Below are positions 62,868 to 64,000 of a DNA stretch of 64,000 nucleotides, piece after piece (the stretch's first letter is position 1; every line of letters begins with the position of its first letter). The notes below the pieces were generated by a model. That model made no database searches. It was not told where the DNA came from and was given only the letters and a program-made list of their open reading frames with translations. A program made the position numbers and the translations under genes. Source of the stretch: Paraspadella gotoi (lineage: Eukaryota; Animalia; Chaetognatha); NCBI GenBank assembly GCA_051294375.1, contig CM119264.1, positions 31,314,135 through 31,378,134 of the forward strand. The letters run 5' to 3'.

Positions 62868-63225
62868 TTGGAGCATTCGGGGGTTGATAGAGCATTTGGT
62901 GGGTCGATTGGAGCTTTTGGTGGGTCGATTGGAGCATTTGTTTGGTTATTTGAAGCATTTCAGAGTTGATTGGAGCATTTGGCCGGTCGAGTGGAGCATT
63001 TGTTGGGTTGTTTGGAGCATTTGGTATGGTTTAGAGCATTTTCTGGGTTGATTAGAGCAATTTTGGATGACTAAAGCATTTGGGTGTTGACTGAAGCAAT
63101 TAGGGGTTGACTGGAGCATTTGGTTGGTGGGTTGGAACATTTAGGGTTGTATGGAGTATTTGGCAGGATGATTGGAGCATTGGGGGTATATTTGAGCTTT
63201 TAAGGGGTTCATTGGAGCATTTAAG
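62868..63225 (+). repeat. 20-bp minisatellite (TTGGAGCATTTGGTGGGTCG-like)
   Basis: About 17 degenerate units. Confidence 0.85.
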
Positions 63226-63268
63226 AGTATTTAATAATTTAAAAATTTATTTAAAATAAAGAAAGTCC

Positions 63269-63968
63269 GACTTGTTTAGAATTGGATGACTCGGTTTCGA
63301 ACTCTTGACCTTTAAAGCGATAATCTGCGATTTGATCTCGATCCTGAAAGTGAAAATGATTCCTGGGGTGTGAGAGAGATTTGTTACGGGTGGAGAAGAG
63401 AGGAAGGGGGGAGAGAGGAAAGAAAGAGAAGAGAAGAGAAGAGAAGAGAAGAGAAGAGAAGAGAAGAGAAGAGAAGGTAAGGCAAGTTAAAATGATTTAA
63501 AGAAAGACAAGGGGGAAGAATAAAGCGAGGGAGGAAGAAAAAGGAGGAAGAGAAGGAGGAGGGGGAGGAAGAGGAGGAAGAAAAAGGAGGAAGAGAAGGA
63601 GGAGGGGGAGGAAAAGGAGGAATAAAAAGGAGGAAGAGGAGGGGGAAGAAGAGGAGGAAAGAGAAATGGTTCTTCGTCCAAAGCGCAATAGGGTCAAATC
63701 GAAAAAAGAGACTGGGTTAAAAAGAAAAAAAGAAAAAAAAACGAGAAAGAAAGCGTCATGTTGTTGTCTTCATCATCTTTGTCGTCATATTCGTCGTGGT
63801 CGTCATTTTCATCTTTTTCATCGTCGTCGTTGTCTTTATCTTCATCGTCTTCATCATCATCATCGTCGTCTTCTTCATCGTCGTCTTCATCGTCGTCTTC
63901 TTCATCGTCTTCATCATCGTCTTCCACACTAACTTCGCCCCCGCGGCGGAAATGGATAACGTCAAAAT
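63269..63968 (-). other. Candidate small exons of an unidentified gene entering from beyond the window end
   Basis: Acceptor-like ...CTCTCGCAG|ATTTTGAC (DFDVIHFRRGGE) near 63968 and ...CACCCCAG|GAATCAT (NHFHFQDRDQIADYRFKGQEFETESSNSKQ) near 63363. These are complex-sequence islands among simple repeats. Splice phases are unresolved. Confidence 0.25.
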
Positions 63969-64000
63969 CTGCGAGAGTTGATTAATGTCGTTGTTGTTGT

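Noticed and set aside
61744-62969. ORFs of 338-396 aa
   Set aside because: They span an N gap and are artefacts.
62868-63225. Regularly spaced repeats as a possible CRISPR array (also 60250-60555 and 20420-20670)
   Set aside because: These are contiguous degenerate tandem units without unique spacers, there are no cas genes, and the context is eukaryotic.
63694-63927. Acidic D/E-rich protein
   Set aside because: It is a (GAT/GAC/GAA)n trinucleotide tract open in most frames; coding status is unsupported and it may be intronic.

Overview
Eukaryotic, probably invertebrate animal, draft-genome sequence: AT-rich, spliceosomal GT-AG introns, abundant (CT/GA)n microsatellites and N gaps. (1) One intact-looking six-exon gene on + (23169-26896, ~922 aa by my splice model) fuses a complete patatin-like phospholipase domain directly to a long TPR array with no intervening NTPase. 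This effector-sensor-like architecture is the most interesting feature. (2) A ~5 kb hAT-superfamily DNA transposon (~11.9-17.0 kb, - strand) has a two-exon ~1100-aa transposase broken only by one in-frame stop. (3) A ~5.7 kb GC/CpG-rich block (362-6060) holds densely packed, intronless, decayed ORFs of unrecognised, possibly viral, origin. (4) Other elements: a decayed Tc1/mariner element containing a hammerhead-like core, Helentron/DINE-1-like repeats, tRNA-derived SINE-like repeats, fold-back hairpins and two RFX X-box motifs. (5) The 39-58 kb region is 2-3 indel-rich copies of one ~7 kb unit separated by 25-N gaps, most likely a long-read gap-filling artefact. All calls come from reading the sequence; no database searches were run.
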